From Candidatus Nanohaloarchaea archaeon (GTDB lineage Archaea; Nanohalarchaeota; Nanosalinia; Nanosalinales; Nanosalinaceae), in NCBI GenBank assembly GCA_046497485.1, contig JAWOFP010000021.1, positions 1 through 16,317 on the forward strand: DNA of 16,317 nt, read 5' to 3'. Below, piece after piece: positions 15,391 through 16,317 of the stretch. Made by a program: the position numbers and the translations under genes. The stretch's first letter is position 1; each line of letters starts with the position of its first letter. Below the pieces are notes generated by a model. The model was given only the letters and a program-made list of their open reading frames with translations. It searched no databases and was not told where the DNA came from.

Positions 15391-16317
15391 TTATACTTTA
15401 CCTTCAAGCCAATCAATGAAGGTTGTACGGTTTTTATTGGATTTTTCTGCTTCAAGAGCGGCTTCAAAGTCCGGGTTATCTAAATCGTCAAGTGCGTCCT
15501 TGGCGTCGCCGATGGTTCCTGAAACTATTTCATCGTACTCTGCTTCGTCGCCTTCAGATTCTTCGGATTCTTCAGAATCTACTTCTGCCTTCTCTTCGTC
15601 CATCTCATTCTCTGGTTCATCTTCAGGTTCCGATTCTTCGGAAACTTCTTCTGAATCTTCTTCCTCTTCTGAGGCCTCAGATTCTTCCTGTTTCTCATCA
15701 TAAGCTTCCTGATCAAAGTCTTCAAATGCTTCTCTCAGATCCTCTTTTGAGATATCTCCAGTCTGAAGTTCTTCTTCCTTCTCTTCGATAGCTCTATCAA
15801 GTTCTGCAGCAGTCATGTTCTCTGCTTCCGCCAGTATATGCTCTATTCTGTCGGACTTGCTTGCTGCGTCTTCTGATTCTTCGGATTCGTGAAGAATTTC
15901 CTCACTTACATCCACATCTCTGTGCATGAACTCAGGCATTTCCTTCATGACTCTTACTTTTACACCGATTGCTCCAGGAATAGTAACTGCGAGTGCGTAA
16001 CCATCCTGAACATTTGCCTTACTGGTGTTACCACATCGCTTTACATATCCGAACGAGAACTTCTCAGTTCTTCCACGGTTACCGGAAAGCTTTCCAGTAA
16101 TCTCGATTTCTGCGCCGATTACTCCGGCATCCTTCATTCTTCTTGTGTAAGTATATCCTACACGCTTGACGTGGCCTCCTTTCTCAAGCCAGTCAGCAAT
16201 AGCGTCTGCAACTACCTGTGCATCGCCGTCAGGATCTTCGATCTCATTTACCTCAATCTGAGGGTTCTCAAAGTCGAACTCCTCTTCCATAGCGGATGTG
16301 AGCTCTCTGATTCGAGA
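15391..16317 (-). CDS. rps3: 30S ribosomal protein uS3 (5'-truncated) with a large C-terminal extension
   Basis: The frame is open to the window edge (SRIRELTSAMEEEF...). Motifs P..DA..VA..IA..LE, G.EI.I.GKL.G.R.R.EKF..GY.K.CG and G..GVKV are present. Confidence 0.97.
   Translation of the reverse strand, partial: SRIRELTSAMEEEFDFENPQIEVNEIEDPDGDAQVVADAIADWLEKGGHVKRVGYTYTRRMKDAGVIGAEIEITGKLSGNRGRTEKFSFGYVKRCGNTSKANVQDGYALAVTIPGAIGVKVRVMKEMPEFMHRDVDVSEEILHESEESEDAASKSDRIEHILAEAENMTAAELDRAIEEKEEELQTGDISKEDLREAFEDFDQEAYDEKQEESEASEEEEDSEEVSEESEPEDEPENEMDEEKAEVDSEESEESEGDEAEYDEIVSGTIGDAKDALDDLDNPDFEAALEAEKSNKNRTTFIDWLEGKV

Larger units (their letters stand above)
5..15677. repeat. Dispersed, highly iterated 6-bp palindrome AGGCCT (about 55 copies)
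   Basis: Manual count. Example starts: 5, 305, 486, 644, 857, 1020, 1289, 1452, 1672, 1913, 3698, 5009, 13828, 13968, 14843 and 15672. Confidence 0.9.

Noticed and set aside
15540..15720. TCT/TTC-rich quasi-repeats, also at 12455-12660
   Set aside because: They reflect Glu/Ser/Asp codons in acidic tails and are not DNA-level tandem repeats or a CRISPR array.
6799..15791. Many plus-strand ORFs antisense to secY and the ribosomal genes (e.g. 8278-8739, 11484-11801, 12109-12417, 13009-13530, 14862-15167, 15305-15703)
   Set aside because: These are shadow frames of well-supported genes. They are Ser/Phe/Leu-rich because the sense strand is GAA/GAG-rich, and they show no motifs.

Overview
Archaeal genomic DNA, about 40% GC by eye, with a strongly acidic proteome. 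The best fit is a halophilic DPANN archaeon (Nanohaloarchaeota-like), inferred from the D/E-rich proteins, the N-terminally extended uS14, the Gly/Lys insertion in uS5, the short uL30 and the very tight gene packing. Positions 5940-16317 (minus strand) hold most of the archaeal S10/spc ribosomal cluster: uS3 (partial), uL29, aIF1/SUI1, two orphan ORFs, uS17, uL14, uL24, eS4, uL5, uS14, uS8, uL6, eL32, eL19, uL18, uS5, uL30, uL15 and secY, followed by rmuC. Positions 1-5016 hold accessory membrane genes: DUF1405, a three-gene ABC-2 exporter, an EamA/DMT transporter and small hypotheticals. Five observations stand out. (1) The palindrome AGGCCT occurs about 55 times by manual count, against about 2-3 expected, in all reading frames and in intergenic DNA, like cyanobacterial HIP1. 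(2) A ~140-nt, strand-specific, multi-helix RNA leader lies between a TATA box and the TTG start of uS17, making it a candidate archaeal ribosomal-protein leader or switch. (3) The RNase P protein gene rnp1 is missing from its canonical slot, which holds two orphans instead. (4) uS3 has a ~170-aa two-module C-terminal extension. (5) The EamA gene appears to start at a non-canonical ATA or ATT codon.
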